From the IMG/VR virus record IMGVR_UViG_2698536672_000015, positions 1-35,545 of that record: 35,545 nucleotides of DNA. The stretch is one strand, 5' to 3'. Position numbers and translations under genes: made by a program. Source of the DNA: a virus (taxonomy: Duplodnaviria > Heunggongvirae > Uroviricota > Caudoviricetes). A model generated the notes under the pieces. It was given only the letters and a program-made list of their open reading frames with translations, was not told where the DNA came from and did not search any database. Below are positions 17,150 to 27,318 of this stretch, one piece after another; position 1 is the stretch's first letter, and every line of letters starts with the position of its first letter.

Positions 17150-17626
17150 ATGCAGGTACTAAATCCTCAGCGTAAAGCTTTCCTTGATATGGTGGCCTGG
17201 TCAGAAGGAACGGATAACGGGCGACAACCGACACGTAACCACGGTTATGACGTTATTGTCGGTGGCGAACTCTTCACTGATTACTCCGATCACCCTCGAA
17301 AACTTGTCACGCTAAACCCGAAACTCAAATCAACAGCCGCAGGCCGTTATCAACTTCTTTCACGCTGGTGGGATGCTTACCGCAAGCAGTTAGGGCTGAC
17401 AGACTTCTCTCCTAAAAGCCAGGATGCTGTTGCATTGCAGCAGATTAAGGAGCGTGGCGCTTTACTAATGATTGATCGCGGTGACATCCGTCAGGCAATC
17501 GACCGTTGCAGCAATATCTGGGCCTCATTGCCTGGCGCTGGTTATGGTCAGTTCGAGCATAAGACTGACAGCCTGATTGCAAAATTCAAAGAAGCGGGCG
17601 GAACGGTCAGAGAGATTGAGGTATGA
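17150..17626 (+). CDS. R: Endolysin, lambda R-type lytic transglycosylase, 158 aa
   Basis: Translation is near-identical to my recollection of lambda R ([22 protein letters not shown]...). Confidence 0.93.
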   Translation: MQVLNPQRKAFLDMVAWSEGTDNGRQPTRNHGYDVIVGGELFTDYSDHPRKLVTLNPKLKSTAAGRYQLLSRWWDAYRKQLGLTDFSPKSQDAVALQQIKERGALLMIDRGDIRQAIDRCSNIWASLPGAGYGQFEHKTDSLIAKFKEAGGTVREIEV

Positions 17627-18066
17627 GCAGAGTCACCGCGATTATCTCCGTTCTGGTTATCTGCATCATCGTCTGCCTGTCATGGGCGGTTAATCATTAC
17701 CGTGATAACGCCATCACCTACAAAAAGCAGCGCGATAAGGCCGCATCCATTATCGCTGACATGCAGAAACGTCAAAGTAATGTAGCTGAACTCGATGCCA
17801 GATATACAAAGGAGCTTGCTGATGCTAACGCGACTATCGAAAGTCTTCGTGCTGATGTTTCTGCTGGTCGTAAGTGGCTGCACGTCAAAGCAGTCTGTCC
17901 GGACATGCATAAAACCACCGCCGCCTCCGGCGTGGATGATGCTTCCAGCCCCAGACTTACTGACACCGCTCAACGGGATTATTTCGTTCTCAGAGAGCGC
18001 ATCGAAACCATAACTAACCAATTGAATGGCCTGCAAGAGTATGTGAGATCACAGTGTTCATATTAG
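17623..18066 (+). CDS. Rz: Spanin inner-membrane subunit Rz, 147 aa
   Basis: N-terminus [34 protein letters not shown] closely matches lambda Rz; overlaps the R stop. Confidence 0.9.
   Translation: MSRVTAIISVLVICIIVCLSWAVNHYRDNAITYKKQRDKAASIIADMQKRQSNVAELDARYTKELADANATIESLRADVSAGRKWLHVKAVCPDMHKTTAASGVDDASSPRLTDTAQRDYFVLRERIETITNQLNGLQEYVRSQCSY
17822..18013 (+). CDS. Rz1: Spanin outer-membrane lipoprotein subunit Rz1, embedded in Rz in the +1 frame, 63 aa
   Basis: Lipobox LVVSGC then TSKQSV and a PPPPP run, as in lambda Rz1; AAGGAG RBS before the ATG at 17822. Confidence 0.8.
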   Translation: MLTRLSKVFVLMFLLVVSGCTSKQSVRTCIKPPPPPAWMMLPAPDLLTPLNGIISFSESASKP

Positions 18067-18104
18067 AAAAGTCTTATCATGAGATTTTTGTATATGGATG
18101 CATT

Positions 18105-18479
18105 ATGTCTCAATACGCGCGCGCCGCTTTAATCGCTTATCATTTGGTTGCTGATAGCTCAATGCCTCCTCGTGATGCATGGGATGCAGCTGTCGCAGAG
18201 GTTACAGAAAGCGAATCGTCAAGAAAGAAGATATGCCCAAGGGCAACATTTCTCGCCCTGGCGGATAGCGGTTACCTCAAGAATGTAAAACCACTGCATG
18301 GGGAGAAAAAGGGCGGTAAGTTGTACCAAAGGGCAATTGAAGTTGCGAATCTGATTCTTGATTTACCCGGAATCAGTAAAGCTGAATTGGTTGATAAAAC
18401 TGGTTACAAAGACAGGCAAGGGTCTTATGACCTGATTCTCGCTCTGTATCATCATGAGCAACTCCAGCGACCGGAATAA
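18105..18479 (+). CDS. Hypothetical protein, 124 aa
   Basis: ORF after the lysis cassette; start at the ATG at 18105 chosen over the GTG at 18054; no family recognised. Confidence 0.45.
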   Translation: MSQYARAALIAYHLVADSSMPPRDAWDAAVAEVTESESSRKKICPRATFLALADSGYLKNVKPLHGEKKGGKLYQRAIEVANLILDLPGISKAELVDKTGYKDRQGSYDLILALYHHEQLQRPE

Positions 18480-18596
18480 TTATCCCGGCATCAGTGTCAA
18501 AAATAGGCAGTGATACGCTATTTTCCTGAAAATACTTTACTAACATTTTATGAGAATTATCCTAGTAAAGTGTTTATTTAAAAGGAGTTTGGGTTT

Positions 18597-18800
18597 ATGA
18601 AAATTCTCTGGGTCATCAGTCTTTTGTGTAGTGCTATTGGATTTATTGAAGGAATCCTCGGGGTTTTCGGTGCTCAGAGTGCTCCACAACAGGCTGCAGG
18701 TGCAGCAATGGGAGTAGCATGGGCAGTTATTCCATATTGTATTTGTCGTGCTATCCAACAATTGCGCCCTCGAGAAGTCATTATTAAAAAGGAAGAATGA
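18597..18800 (+). CDS. Small hydrophobic protein, 67 aa, about two TM segments
   Basis: AAGGAG RBS; hydrophobic stretches; followed by a terminator. Confidence 0.5.
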   Translation: MKILWVISLLCSAIGFIEGILGVFGAQSAPQQAAGAAMGVAWAVIPYCICRAIQQLRPREVIIKKEE

Positions 18801-18830
18801 CCAGATCTTATCCGGTGTTTTTTCTGTCTA

Positions 18831-18855
18831 AGCCTCGCGTCGCGGGGCTTTTTAT
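18831..18855 (+). terminator. Rho-independent terminator
   Basis: AGCCTCGCG/CGCGGGGCT stem (one G-U pair) followed by TTTTTATT. Confidence 0.5.
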
Positions 18856-18865
18856 TGGAGCCAGC

Positions 18866-19216
18866 ATGCCACCACGAACCCCAAAAGCCTGCCGCGTTCG
18901 CGGCTGCCGCCAAACCACCACTGACCCGTCAGGCTACTGCGAAAGCCACAAAAGCGAAGGCTGGAAACAATACAAGCTAGGACAATCCCGTCACCAGCGC
19001 GGCTACGGTTCGAAGTGGGATGTTATCCGCGCGCGCGTGCTGAAGCGTGACAAAGGCCTGTGTCAGTTGTGCCTGCGTGTCGGTGTGGTGCGTGAGGCGA
19101 AAACCGTTGACCACATCATCCCTAAAGCGCATGGCGGCACTGATGCAGACTGCAATCTGCAGAGCCTGTGCTGGCCGTGTCATAAGACGAAGACGGCCCG
19201 TGAACGACTGAAGTGA
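18866..19216 (+). CDS. HNH endonuclease, terminase-associated, 116 aa
   Basis: Cys-rich zinc-finger/HNH motifs (CRVRGC...C...H; VDHIIPKAHGGTD...N...CWPCH); start at the ATG at 18866 with a TGGAG RBS; immediately upstream of terminase. Confidence 0.8.
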   Translation: MPPRTPKACRVRGCRQTTTDPSGYCESHKSEGWKQYKLGQSRHQRGYGSKWDVIRARVLKRDKGLCQLCLRVGVVREAKTVDHIIPKAHGGTDADCNLQSLCWPCHKTKTARERLK

Positions 19217-19342
19217 TAATAACTCTCAACTATCTGCGGGGGAGGGGCGGGTCAAATCCCTGTGACCTGACGTCTTCCGGACTGCCCGCCCCATCGTTTT
19301 TTTATACCCGCGAAAAATGAAATTTAACCAGGAGTGCCGCAT
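19217..19342. other. Candidate cos packaging site region
   Basis: Intergenic segment between the HNH and terminase small-subunit genes (the HK97-type layout); GC-rich inverted repeat GGGGCGGG (19244-19251) / CCCGCCCC (19285-19292) followed by a T7 run. Confidence 0.35.
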
Positions 19343-19837
19343 ATGGCTGGAACGGCGGGGCGTTCCGGGCGTCGCCCCAAGCCAACGGCGCGCAAGGCGC
19401 TGGCCGGAAACCCCGGCAAGCGAGCCCTGAACAAAGATGAACCCGTTTTTACGCCCATCAAAGGTGTTGAGCCACCGGAGTGGTTCGCTGAAGAAGAGCT
19501 CCCTCTCGCCACGATCATGTGGCAACTGACAACCAAAGAACTCTGCGGTCAGGGCCTGCTGTGCGTGACTGACCTCGCAGTGCTTGAGCGGTGGTGCGTA
19601 GCCTATGAGTTCTGGCGACGTGCCGTGAAAAATATTGCCAGACAGGGCAACACCATCACCGGTGCAATGGGCGGCATGGTCAAAAATCCGGAGCTGACCG
19701 CCAAAAAAGAACAGGAGTCCGAGATGAGCAGTACGGGGGCAATGCTCGGACTCGACCCCAGCAGCCGCCAGCGCCTGATTGGCCTGGCGGGGCAGAAGAA
19801 AGCCACTAACCCGTTTCTGAAAATTATCGAATCATGA
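19343..19837 (+). CDS. Terminase small subunit, 164 aa
   Basis: Position directly upstream of the large terminase gene; basic N-terminus; AGGAG RBS; start at the ATG at 19343. Confidence 0.7.
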   Translation: MAGTAGRSGRRPKPTARKALAGNPGKRALNKDEPVFTPIKGVEPPEWFAEEELPLATIMWQLTTKELCGQGLLCVTDLAVLERWCVAYEFWRRAVKNIARQGNTITGAMGGMVKNPELTAKKEQESEMSSTGAMLGLDPSSRQRLIGLAGQKKATNPFLKIIES

Positions 19838-21567
19838 GCCGGAAATCTTACCCCAACGTAAATGCTGCAAATCAGTATGCCCGGGATGTCGTGCGCGGAA
19901 AGATTGTTGCCTGCCAGTTTGTGATTCAGGCCTGCCAGCGCCATCTTGATGACCTGATGGCGGAAAAAAGTAAGTCGTTTCGTTACCGCTTCGACAAGGA
20001 CCTGGCTGAACGGGCCGCCAAATTTATTCAGCTGTTGCCGCATACCAAGGGGGAATGGGCATTCAAGCGGATGCCCATCACGCTGGAGCCGTGGCAGCTA
20101 TTTGTGATCTGCTGTGCGTTTGGCTGGGTCAATAAAGGCACCCGGTTGCGCCGCTTCCGGGAGGTGTATACCGAAATTCCCCGTAAGAACGGCAAATCGG
20201 CAATCTCTGCCGGTGTTGCCCTGTATTGTTTTGCCTGTGATAACGAGTTTGGTGCGGAAGTGTATTCCGGTGCCACGACAGAGAAACAGGCGTGGGAAGT
20301 TTTTCGCCCGGCGCGACTGATGTGTAAACGCACACCAATGCTGACGGAAGCGTTCGGGATTGAGGTTAACGCCTCAAACATGAACCGTCCGGAGGATGGG
20401 GCGCGGTTTGAACCGCTGATCGGTAACCCCGGTGATGGTTCATCACCCCACTGTGCGGTGGTGGATGAATATCACGAGCACGCCACAGATGCGCTTTACA
20501 CCACGATGCTTACCGGGATGGGGGCGCGACGTCAGCCACTGATGTGGGCTATCACTACCGCCGGGTACAACATTGAGGGGCCGTGCTACGACAAACGGCG
20601 GGAAGTTATCGAGATGCTCAACGGTTCGGTACCCAACGATGAACTGTTCGGGATCATCTATACCGTTGACGAAGGTGACGACTGGACCGACCCACAGGTG
20701 CTGGAAAAAGCCAACCCGAATATCGGGGTGTCGGTTTACCGTGAGTTTTTGTTAAGTCAGCAACAACGTGCGAAAAATAACGCCCGTCTGGCAAACGTCT
20801 TTAAAACAAAACACCTCAATATCTGGGTGTCGGCGCGTTCGGCGTATTTCAACCTGGTGAGCTGGCAGAGCTGCGAGGATAAGTCACTGACTCTTGAGCA
20901 ATTCGAGGGGCAGCCGTGCATTCTGGCCTTTGACCTAGCGCGTAAACTGGATATGAACAGCATGGCGCGACTTTATACCCGTGAGATTGACGGTAAAGCG
21001 CATTACTACAGTGTGGCCCCGCGTTTCTGGGTACCGTATGATACGGTGTACAGCGTCGAGAAAAATGAAGATCGCCGGACAGCCGAACGCTTTCAGAAAT
21101 GGGTGGAAATGGGCGTCCTGACAGTTACCGATGGTGCAGAGGTGGATTATCGCTACATCCTCGAAGAGGCCAAAGCGGCGAACAAAATCAGCCCGGTCAG
21201 CGAGTCACCCATCGACCCCTTCGGGGCGACCGGGCTGTCACATGATCTTGCTGATGAAGACCTGAACCCCATCACCATTATTCAGAACTACACCAACATG
21301 TCCGATCCGATGAAAGAGCTGGAAGCGGCAATTGAATCGGGGCGCTTTCATCATGATGGCAATCCCATCATGACCTGGTGTATCGGCAACGTGGTCGGCA
21401 AAACTATTCCGGGTAACGATGATGTAGTGAAGCCCGTCAAAGAGCAGGCGGAAAACAAAATCGATGGTGCAGTTGCGCTGATTATGGCGGTTGGCAGAGC
21501 CATGCTGTACGAGAAAGAAGACACGCTGTCTGACCACATTGAGTCCTATGGGATCCGCTCGCTTTAA
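19834..21567 (+). CDS. Terminase large subunit, 577 aa
   Basis: Length, position and ATPase/nuclease-type architecture; ATGA overlap with the small subunit gene. Confidence 0.88.
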   Translation: MSRKSYPNVNAANQYARDVVRGKIVACQFVIQACQRHLDDLMAEKSKSFRYRFDKDLAERAAKFIQLLPHTKGEWAFKRMPITLEPWQLFVICCAFGWVNKGTRLRRFREVYTEIPRKNGKSAISAGVALYCFACDNEFGAEVYSGATTEKQAWEVFRPARLMCKRTPMLTEAFGIEVNASNMNRPEDGARFEPLIGNPGDGSSPHCAVVDEYHEHATDALYTTMLTGMGARRQPLMWAITTAGYNIEGPCYDKRREVIEMLNGSVPNDELFGIIYTVDEGDDWTDPQVLEKANPNIGVSVYREFLLSQQQRAKNNARLANVFKTKHLNIWVSARSAYFNLVSWQSCEDKSLTLEQFEGQPCILAFDLARKLDMNSMARLYTREIDGKAHYYSVAPRFWVPYDTVYSVEKNEDRRTAERFQKWVEMGVLTVTDGAEVDYRYILEEAKAANKISPVSESPIDPFGATGLSHDLADEDLNPITIIQNYTNMSDPMKELEAAIESGRFHHDGNPIMTWCIGNVVGKTIPGNDDVVKPVKEQAENKIDGAVALIMAVGRAMLYEKEDTLSDHIESYGIRSL

Positions 21568-21578
21568 CTGAGGTAATT

Positions 21579-21761
21579 ATGATCATGCTGATTCTCGCGC
21601 CTCTGGTGGGCGTGCTGGGTGCGCTTTTGCTGGCGTATGGTGCCTGGCTGATTTATCCCCCGGCGGGGTTTGTTGTTGCCGGGGCGTTGTGTCTGTTCTG
21701 GTCGTGGCTGGTGGCGCGATATCTCGACCGTACACAGCTGTCTGATGGTGGAGGTAAATAG
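21579..21761 (+). CDS. Small hydrophobic protein, 60 aa
   Basis: GAGG RBS; two hydrophobic segments; stop overlaps the portal GTG start. Confidence 0.45.
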   Translation: MIMLILAPLVGVLGALLLAYGAWLIYPPAGFVVAGALCLFWSWLVARYLDRTQLSDGGGK

Positions 21762-23002
21762 TGTTCTTTTCGGGATTATTTCAACGAAAAAGTGACGCAC
21801 CGGTGACCACGCCAGCAGAGCTGGCGGATGCTATCGGGTTGTCCTACGACACCTATACCGGAAAGCAGATCAGCAGTCAGCGGGCCATGCGACTGACGGC
21901 GGTTTTTTCCTGTGTTAGGGTGCTGGCGGAGTCGGTCGGGATGTTGCCCTGCAACCTGTATCACCTGAATGGCAGTCTGAAGCAGAGAGCCACTGGCGAA
22001 CGTCTGCATAAGCTGATCTCCTCGCATCCTAATGGCTATATGACGCCGCAGGAGTTCTGGGAGCTGGTGGTCACCTGTCTGTGCCTGCGGGGCAACTTTT
22101 ACGCCTACAAAGTGAAAGCATTTGGCGAAGTGGCTGAACTGCTGCCCGTCGATCCCGGCTGTGTGGTACCGAAGCTTAACAGTAGCTGGGAGCCGGTCTA
22201 TCAGGTCACATTCCCGGACGGCTCAACGGATGTGCTGACCCAGGAGGATATCTGGCATGTGCGCACGCTGACGCTGGACGGTCTGGTGGGACTGAATCCC
22301 ATCGCCTATGCCCGCGAGGCAATATCGCTGGCAGCAGCGACTGAAGAACACGGTGCCAGACTGTTCAGCAATGGCGCGGTGACGTCCGGTGTGTTGCGTA
22401 CAGAACAGACGCTGTCGGATCAGGCTTATGAGCGCCTGAAGAAAGATTTTGAGGAGCGTCACACCGGGCTTGGCAATGCTCACCGCCCGATGATCCTTGA
22501 GATGGGGCTGGACTGGAAGTCGATGGCATTGAACGCCGAGGACAGCCAGTTCCTGGAAACCCGCAAGTTTCAGCTTGAAGAAATCTGTCGTCTGTTCCGG
22601 GTGCCATTGCATATGGTGCAGAACACCGATCGCGCCACCTTCAACAATATCGAAGAGCTGGGGCTGGGATTTATCAACTATTCACTGGTGCCGTATCTGA
22701 CCCGCATTGAGCAGCGGATCAACACCGGACTGGTACGAAAAAGTAAGCAGGGCATTTATTACGCCAAATTTAACGCCGGGGCGTTACTGCGCGGGGATAT
22801 GAAGTCCCGTTTTGAAGCCTACGCCACCGGGATCAACTGGGGAATTTACTCTCCCAATGACTGCCGCGACCTGGAAGATATGAATCCGCGTCCCGGTGGT
22901 GATGTCTATCTCACACCGATGAACATGACCACGAAACCCTCCGATGGCAGTAAAGCCGGTAAGCAGAAGGATAACGCCAATGCAGACGAAACAACGTCTT
23001 GA
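21761..23002 (+). CDS. Portal protein, HK97 family, 413 aa
   Basis: Size and position after terminase; GTG start with a GGTGGAGG RBS. Confidence 0.85.
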   Translation: MFFSGLFQRKSDAPVTTPAELADAIGLSYDTYTGKQISSQRAMRLTAVFSCVRVLAESVGMLPCNLYHLNGSLKQRATGERLHKLISSHPNGYMTPQEFWELVVTCLCLRGNFYAYKVKAFGEVAELLPVDPGCVVPKLNSSWEPVYQVTFPDGSTDVLTQEDIWHVRTLTLDGLVGLNPIAYAREAISLAAATEEHGARLFSNGAVTSGVLRTEQTLSDQAYERLKKDFEERHTGLGNAHRPMILEMGLDWKSMALNAEDSQFLETRKFQLEEICRLFRVPLHMVQNTDRATFNNIEELGLGFINYSLVPYLTRIEQRINTGLVRKSKQGIYYAKFNAGALLRGDMKSRFEAYATGINWGIYSPNDCRDLEDMNPRPGGDVYLTPMNMTTKPSDGSKAGKQKDNANADETTS

Positions 23003-23630
23003 TGTACCGCTGAGTCTGAAATCTGTCAGTGACTCCGGTGAGTTTGAAGGGTATGGCTCCGTCTTTGGTGTAAAGGACAGCCACGATGATGTGGTGATGT
23101 CCGGGGCATTTGCTGCTTCCCTGCGGGCGTGGAGTGACAGAAAAGCGTTACCTGCGCTGCTCTGGCAGCACCGCATGGATGAACCCATCGGTGTTTATAC
23201 CGAAATGAAGGAAGACGATGTCGGGCTTTACGTCAGGGGACGGTTGCTCATTGATGATGATCCCCTCGCAAAACGCGCACATGCACACATGAAGGCCGGT
23301 TCGTTAACCGGCCTTTCTATTGGGTACGTCCTGAAAGACTGGGAATACGACCGGAGTAAAGAAGCCTTTCTGCTGAAAGAAATCGACCTCTGGGAAGTCA
23401 GTCTGGTGACGTTCCCGTCTAACGACGAGGCGCGGATCAGCGACGTCAAGAACGCGCTGGCCCGCGGTGAAATCCCCGAACAGAAAAAAATCGAAAGAGT
23501 CCTGCGTGATGTCGGACTCTCCCGTACCCAGGCCAAAGCATTCATGGCCGGGGGCTATGGCGCACTGTCCCTGCGCGACGCTGAGGATGTGGGCTCTGCA
23601 CTGAATGCACTGAAAAATCTGAACTTCTAA
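22980..23630 (+). CDS. Prohead maturation protease, HK97 family, 216 aa
   Basis: Position between portal and major capsid genes; start at the ATG at 22980 with an AAGGA RBS. Confidence 0.75.
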   Translation: MQTKQRLDVPLSLKSVSDSGEFEGYGSVFGVKDSHDDVVMSGAFAASLRAWSDRKALPALLWQHRMDEPIGVYTEMKEDDVGLYVRGRLLIDDDPLAKRAHAHMKAGSLTGLSIGYVLKDWEYDRSKEAFLLKEIDLWEVSLVTFPSNDEARISDVKNALARGEIPEQKKIERVLRDVGLSRTQAKAFMAGGYGALSLRDAEDVGSALNALKNLNF

Positions 23631-23644
23631 TCAGGAGAAATACG

Positions 23645-24850
23645 ATGGCGGTTGATATTAAAGATGTGGAACAGGTCGCGCAGGAGCTGCAGCAGAAGTT
23701 TGACGACTTCAAAGCAAAGAACGACAAGCGCGTGGATGCGATTGAGCAGGAAAAAGGCAAACTTGCCGGGCAGGTGGAAACCCTGAACGGGAAACTCAGC
23801 GAGCTGGAAAACCTCAAAAGCGATCTTGAAAAAGAGCTGCTTGAGCTGAAACGTCCGGCAGGTGGTGCGCAAAATAAACTGGCCACCGAGCATAAAGAAG
23901 CGTTTGTGGGCTTCCTGCGTAAAGGCCGTGAAGATGGTCTGCGCGATCTGGAGCGCAAGGCATTACAGGTGGGCACCGATGAAGACGGCGGCTATGCCGT
24001 GCCGGAAGCACTGGATCGCAACATTCTCACCCTGCTGAAAGATGAAGTGGTGATGCGCCAGGAAGCCACGGTGCTCACCGTTGGCGGTTCCGACTACAAA
24101 AAACTGGTGAATCTGGGCGGCACGGCTTCCGGATGGGTTGGCGAGACTGACGCGCGCTCCCAGACTGCCACCTCAAAACTGGGACTGATTGAACCTTTCA
24201 TGGGGGAAATCTACGGTAACCCGCAGGCCACTCAGAAAATGCTGGATGATGCCTTCTTCAACGTGGAGGCCTGGATCAACAGCGAGCTGGCGACCGAATT
24301 TGCCGAACAGGAAGAAATTGCCTTTACCACCGGTGATGGCACCAAGAAGCCAAAAGGGTTCCTGGCGTATGAATCCACCGATGAAACCGATAAGGTTCGT
24401 GCGTTCGGTAAACTTCAGCATATTGTATCCGGTGAAGCGACGACGGTGACCGCAGACGCCATTATCAAACTGATTTACACGCTGCGTAAGGCACACCGCA
24501 CTGGCGCGAAGTTCATGATGAACAACAACAGCCTGTTTGCCATCCGTCTGCTGAAAGACACCGAGGGTAACTATCTGTGGCGTCCGGGGCTGGATCTGGG
24601 GCAACCGTCCTCTCTGGTGGGTTACGGTATCGCTGAAAACGAACAGATGCCGGATATCGCCGCTGATGCGAAAGCTATTGCATTTGGTAACTTCAAACGG
24701 GGTTACACCATCGTTGACCGTATCGGTACCCGCATTCTGCGCGACCCGTACACCAATAAACCGTTTGTCGGTTTTTATACCACCAAGCGCACCGGCGGCA
24801 TGCTGGTCGATTCGCAGGCCATCAAACTGCTGAAGATTGCAGCGGCGTAA
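23645..24850 (+). CDS. Major capsid protein, HK97 fold, with N-terminal coiled-coil delta domain, 401 aa
   Basis: Coiled-coil N-terminus (EQ/K/L-rich), then a capsid domain; gene order portal-protease-capsid. Confidence 0.85.
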   Translation: MAVDIKDVEQVAQELQQKFDDFKAKNDKRVDAIEQEKGKLAGQVETLNGKLSELENLKSDLEKELLELKRPAGGAQNKLATEHKEAFVGFLRKGREDGLRDLERKALQVGTDEDGGYAVPEALDRNILTLLKDEVVMRQEATVLTVGGSDYKKLVNLGGTASGWVGETDARSQTATSKLGLIEPFMGEIYGNPQATQKMLDDAFFNVEAWINSELATEFAEQEEIAFTTGDGTKKPKGFLAYESTDETDKVRAFGKLQHIVSGEATTVTADAIIKLIYTLRKAHRTGAKFMMNNNSLFAIRLLKDTEGNYLWRPGLDLGQPSSLVGYGIAENEQMPDIAADAKAIAFGNFKRGYTIVDRIGTRILRDPYTNKPFVGFYTTKRTGGMLVDSQAIKLLKIAAA

Positions 24851-24856
24851 TCACTC

Positions 24857-24878
24857 AGGGGCGCTGAATTGCGCCCCT
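24857..24878 (+). other. Stable stem-loop after the capsid gene (possible partial terminator or mRNA stabiliser)
   Basis: AGGGGCGC-tgaatt-GCGCCCCT immediately after the capsid stop, then a second small hairpin CCTGT-tctg-ACAGG; no U-run. Confidence 0.4.
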
Positions 24879-24899
24879 GTTCTGACAGGTGAAAGAATC

Positions 24900-25088
24900 A
24901 TGATCCTGAAACAAGATCTGAAATGGTCACCGGACGGTATGCGCGTTGAGATCATTCGTGCTGGTGAGTATGAAGATAAAGAATTACCCGAACGGGTACG
25001 TGAAATTGCCACTGCAGCAGGGATTGTTTCTGATAAGAGAACACCTGTTGCACGGGTATCTGATAAGGCTAAAAAACAGCATTCATAG
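24900..25088 (+). CDS. Hypothetical small head-region protein, 62 aa
   Basis: Start at the ATG at 24900 with a GGTGAAAG RBS. Confidence 0.45.
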   Translation: MILKQDLKWSPDGMRVEIIRAGEYEDKELPERVREIATAAGIVSDKRTPVARVSDKAKKQHS

Positions 25089-25099
25089 AGGTAGCCCTA

Positions 25100-25405
25100 A
25101 TGATGCCTACTCTGGAAGAGCTTCGTGTTCAGTGCCGGATTGATGATGACAATGAACAGGAGAATGCACTTCTTATGATGTATCTGGCAGCAGCCAGAGA
25201 AGAGGCTGAAAAGTTTTTAAACCGGACACTTCACGATGAAACTGTTCCTGATCAGGATACGACCGGGCTTGTAATAACACCGCTGATAAAGCTGCGTCTT
25301 ATGCAACTGGTTGGCTACTGGTACGAGAACAGGGAAATGCAGGATGCTGTACCTGATTTTTTCTATACCGGACTCCGAATGTATCGGTTTCATCCCGGAA
25401 CATAG
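25100..25405 (+). CDS. Head-tail connector protein (gp6-like), 101 aa
   Basis: N-terminal LEELRVQCRIDDD pattern typical of gp6-like connectors; gene order. Confidence 0.6.
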   Translation: MMPTLEELRVQCRIDDDNEQENALLMMYLAAAREEAEKFLNRTLHDETVPDQDTTGLVITPLIKLRLMQLVGYWYENREMQDAVPDFFYTGLRMYRFHPGT

Positions 25406-25414
25406 GAGGATTTC

Positions 25415-25753
25415 ATGCAGGCAGGAAGATTACGTGATCGCGTGGTTATTCTGAATATTACGACCTCCCGTACCCCTTCCGGTCACCCGGAGGAAACCCT
25501 GAAAGAGGGGGCTACGGTATGGGCAGAGGTTAAGGGGATCAGTGGGCGGGAACGTATATCGGGCGGTGCGGAAACCGCGCAGACAACAGTAAGAGTCTGG
25601 ATGCGATTTCGGCGCGATGTGACGGCCGCCTCACGTCTGAAAGTGCTGACAGGGGCATTCAAGGGAGCCATTCTGAATATCGACGGGCCGCCGATCCCGG
25701 ACGCACGATCCTCCAGGCTTGAAATACTTTGCAGCCAGAGAGGTGGAATGTGA
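25415..25753 (+). CDS. Head closure / head-tail adaptor protein, 112 aa
   Basis: Size and position in the head-tail joining module. Confidence 0.5.
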   Translation: MQAGRLRDRVVILNITTSRTPSGHPEETLKEGATVWAEVKGISGRERISGGAETAQTTVRVWMRFRRDVTAASRLKVLTGAFKGAILNIDGPPIPDARSSRLEILCSQRGGM

Positions 25754-26199
25754 CGGATTTTAGTCTGGATTTTTCTGGCCTGGCGGATATTGCAAGAGAT
25801 CTGGAACTTCTCAGCAGAGCAGAGAGTAATAAGGTGCTTCGCGATGCCTCCCGTGCCGGTGCAGAGGTTATCCGGGAGGCGGTTATTGACCATGCGCCAG
25901 AGCGAACCGGAAAACTGAAGAAAAACGTGGTTATTCTGACTCAGCGTTCACGGCGTCGTGGTGAAATTATCTCTGGTGTCCACATTCGTGGGCGGAATCT
26001 GCGAACCGGAAACAGTGATAACAGCATGAAAGCCAGCGATCCGCGAAACGCGTTTTACTGGCGTTTCGTGGAACTGGGGACTATCAATATGCCTGCCCAT
26101 CCGTTCATTCGCCCGGCTTTTGATACGACAGAGGAGCTGGCAGCACAGGTTGCCATGAAGCATATGAATCAGGCTATTGATGGGGTGCTGAGTAAATGA
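25750..26199 (+). CDS. HK97 gp10-like tail component, about 150 aa
   Basis: GTGA start/stop overlap with the previous gene; AGAGGTGG RBS; position. Confidence 0.5.
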   Translation: MTDFSLDFSGLADIARDLELLSRAESNKVLRDASRAGAEVIREAVIDHAPERTGKLKKNVVILTQRSRRRGEIISGVHIRGRNLRTGNSDNSMKASDPRNAFYWRFVELGTINMPAHPFIRPAFDTTEELAAQVAMKHMNQAIDGVLSK

Positions 26200-26540
26200 G
26201 AGAAGCCACGCTATATGCTCTTCTGTCCCAACTGGCCGGAGGGCAGGTTTATCCTTATGTGGTCCCGCTGACGGAGGGAAAGCCTGCGGTATCTCCACCA
26301 TGGCTGGTGTTTTCAGTGGTGTCTGACATCGCGTCTGATGTGCTTGATGGTCAGGCTGAATCCAGAATCACAGTGCAGATTGATATCTGGGCAACGGCTC
26401 CTGATGACGCAGATGATATCCGTGAGCAGGCGCTTGATGCGGTAAGGGAACTGGCACCATCCGTTATTTCTAAAACTCAGGGTTATGATCCTGATTCCCG
26501 TCTGAGCAGAGCTACGCTTGAATTTCAGGTAATTGCCTGA
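26196..26540 (+). CDS. Tail completion protein (DUF3168-like), 114 aa
   Basis: ATGA coupling; position immediately before the major tail gene. Confidence 0.45.
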   Translation: MREATLYALLSQLAGGQVYPYVVPLTEGKPAVSPPWLVFSVVSDIASDVLDGQAESRITVQIDIWATAPDDADDIREQALDAVRELAPSVISKTQGYDPDSRLSRATLEFQVIA

Positions 26541-26560
26541 GGTCGTTAATGATTTTACCC

Positions 26561-26586
26561 ACCCGCCGCTGGCGGGTTTTTTATTT
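26561..26586 (+). terminator. Terminator-like hairpin upstream of the major tail gene
   Basis: CCCGCC-gct-GGCGGG followed by TTTTTTATTTT. Confidence 0.5.
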
Positions 26587-26599
26587 TCAGGAGACGAGT

Positions 26600-27304
26600 A
26601 TGTCCTCTAATTTTGAACGTTCTCAGCAGACCAAAGTCATGATCTCGTCTGCACCGGTAACGGCAGAAACGCTGAGTTCTGCCAGTTTTCTTGAACTGAG
26701 CTGTACGATTAAAGAGGTTCAGTTTACCGCCGGGCAGAAACAGGATATTGATGTCACTACGTTGTGTTCTACCGAGCAGGAGAATATCAACGGTCTTGGG
26801 GCTGCTTCAGAGATTTCCATGTCAGGAAACTTTTATCTCAACGCTGCCCAGAACGCGTTGCGTAGTGCTTATGACAACGACACCACATACGGTTTCAAAG
26901 TTATTTTCCCGTCAGGAAATGGATTTACCTTTATGGCAGAAGTTCGCCAGCATACCTGGTCTGTGGGAACCAACGGTGTTGTTGCTGCCACATTTTCCCT
27001 GCGCCTGAAAGGAAAGCCCTCTCTGACCACTGAACCTTTGAAACTCCTCTCTGATTTGAAAAGTACACTACAGGTTTCTGCCAGTGAAACGCTGAATATG
27101 TCTGTTGAGGCATCAGGTGGTGTGCCTCCTTATTCATATGTCTGGAAGAAAGGCAGCTCTCCAGTTTCCGGGCAGACATCGGCAACTTTCAACAAGGCCT
27201 CCGTGACATCCGGAGATGCCGGTGCGTATACCTGTGAGGTTTCTGATTCAGCAAGCCCGGTTAATAAGGTGACCTCCACTTCCTGCACCGTAACTGTCAG
27301 TTAA
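26600..27304 (+). CDS. Major tail protein with C-terminal Ig-like domain, 234 aa
   Basis: Start at the ATG at 26600 (AGGAG RBS); the upstream part of the track ORF only translates the terminator; Ser/Thr-rich C-terminal region. Confidence 0.75.
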   Translation: MSSNFERSQQTKVMISSAPVTAETLSSASFLELSCTIKEVQFTAGQKQDIDVTTLCSTEQENINGLGAASEISMSGNFYLNAAQNALRSAYDNDTTYGFKVIFPSGNGFTFMAEVRQHTWSVGTNGVVAATFSLRLKGKPSLTTEPLKLLSDLKSTLQVSASETLNMSVEASGGVPPYSYVWKKGSSPVSGQTSATFNKASVTSGDAGAYTCEVSDSASPVNKVTSTSCTVTVS

Positions 27305-27318
27305 GGAGGATGAAATCT

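Noticed and set aside
23542-23976. 144-aa Ser/Arg-rich minus-strand ORF overlapping the protease and capsid genes
   Set aside because: Low-complexity antisense ORF within well-supported head genes.
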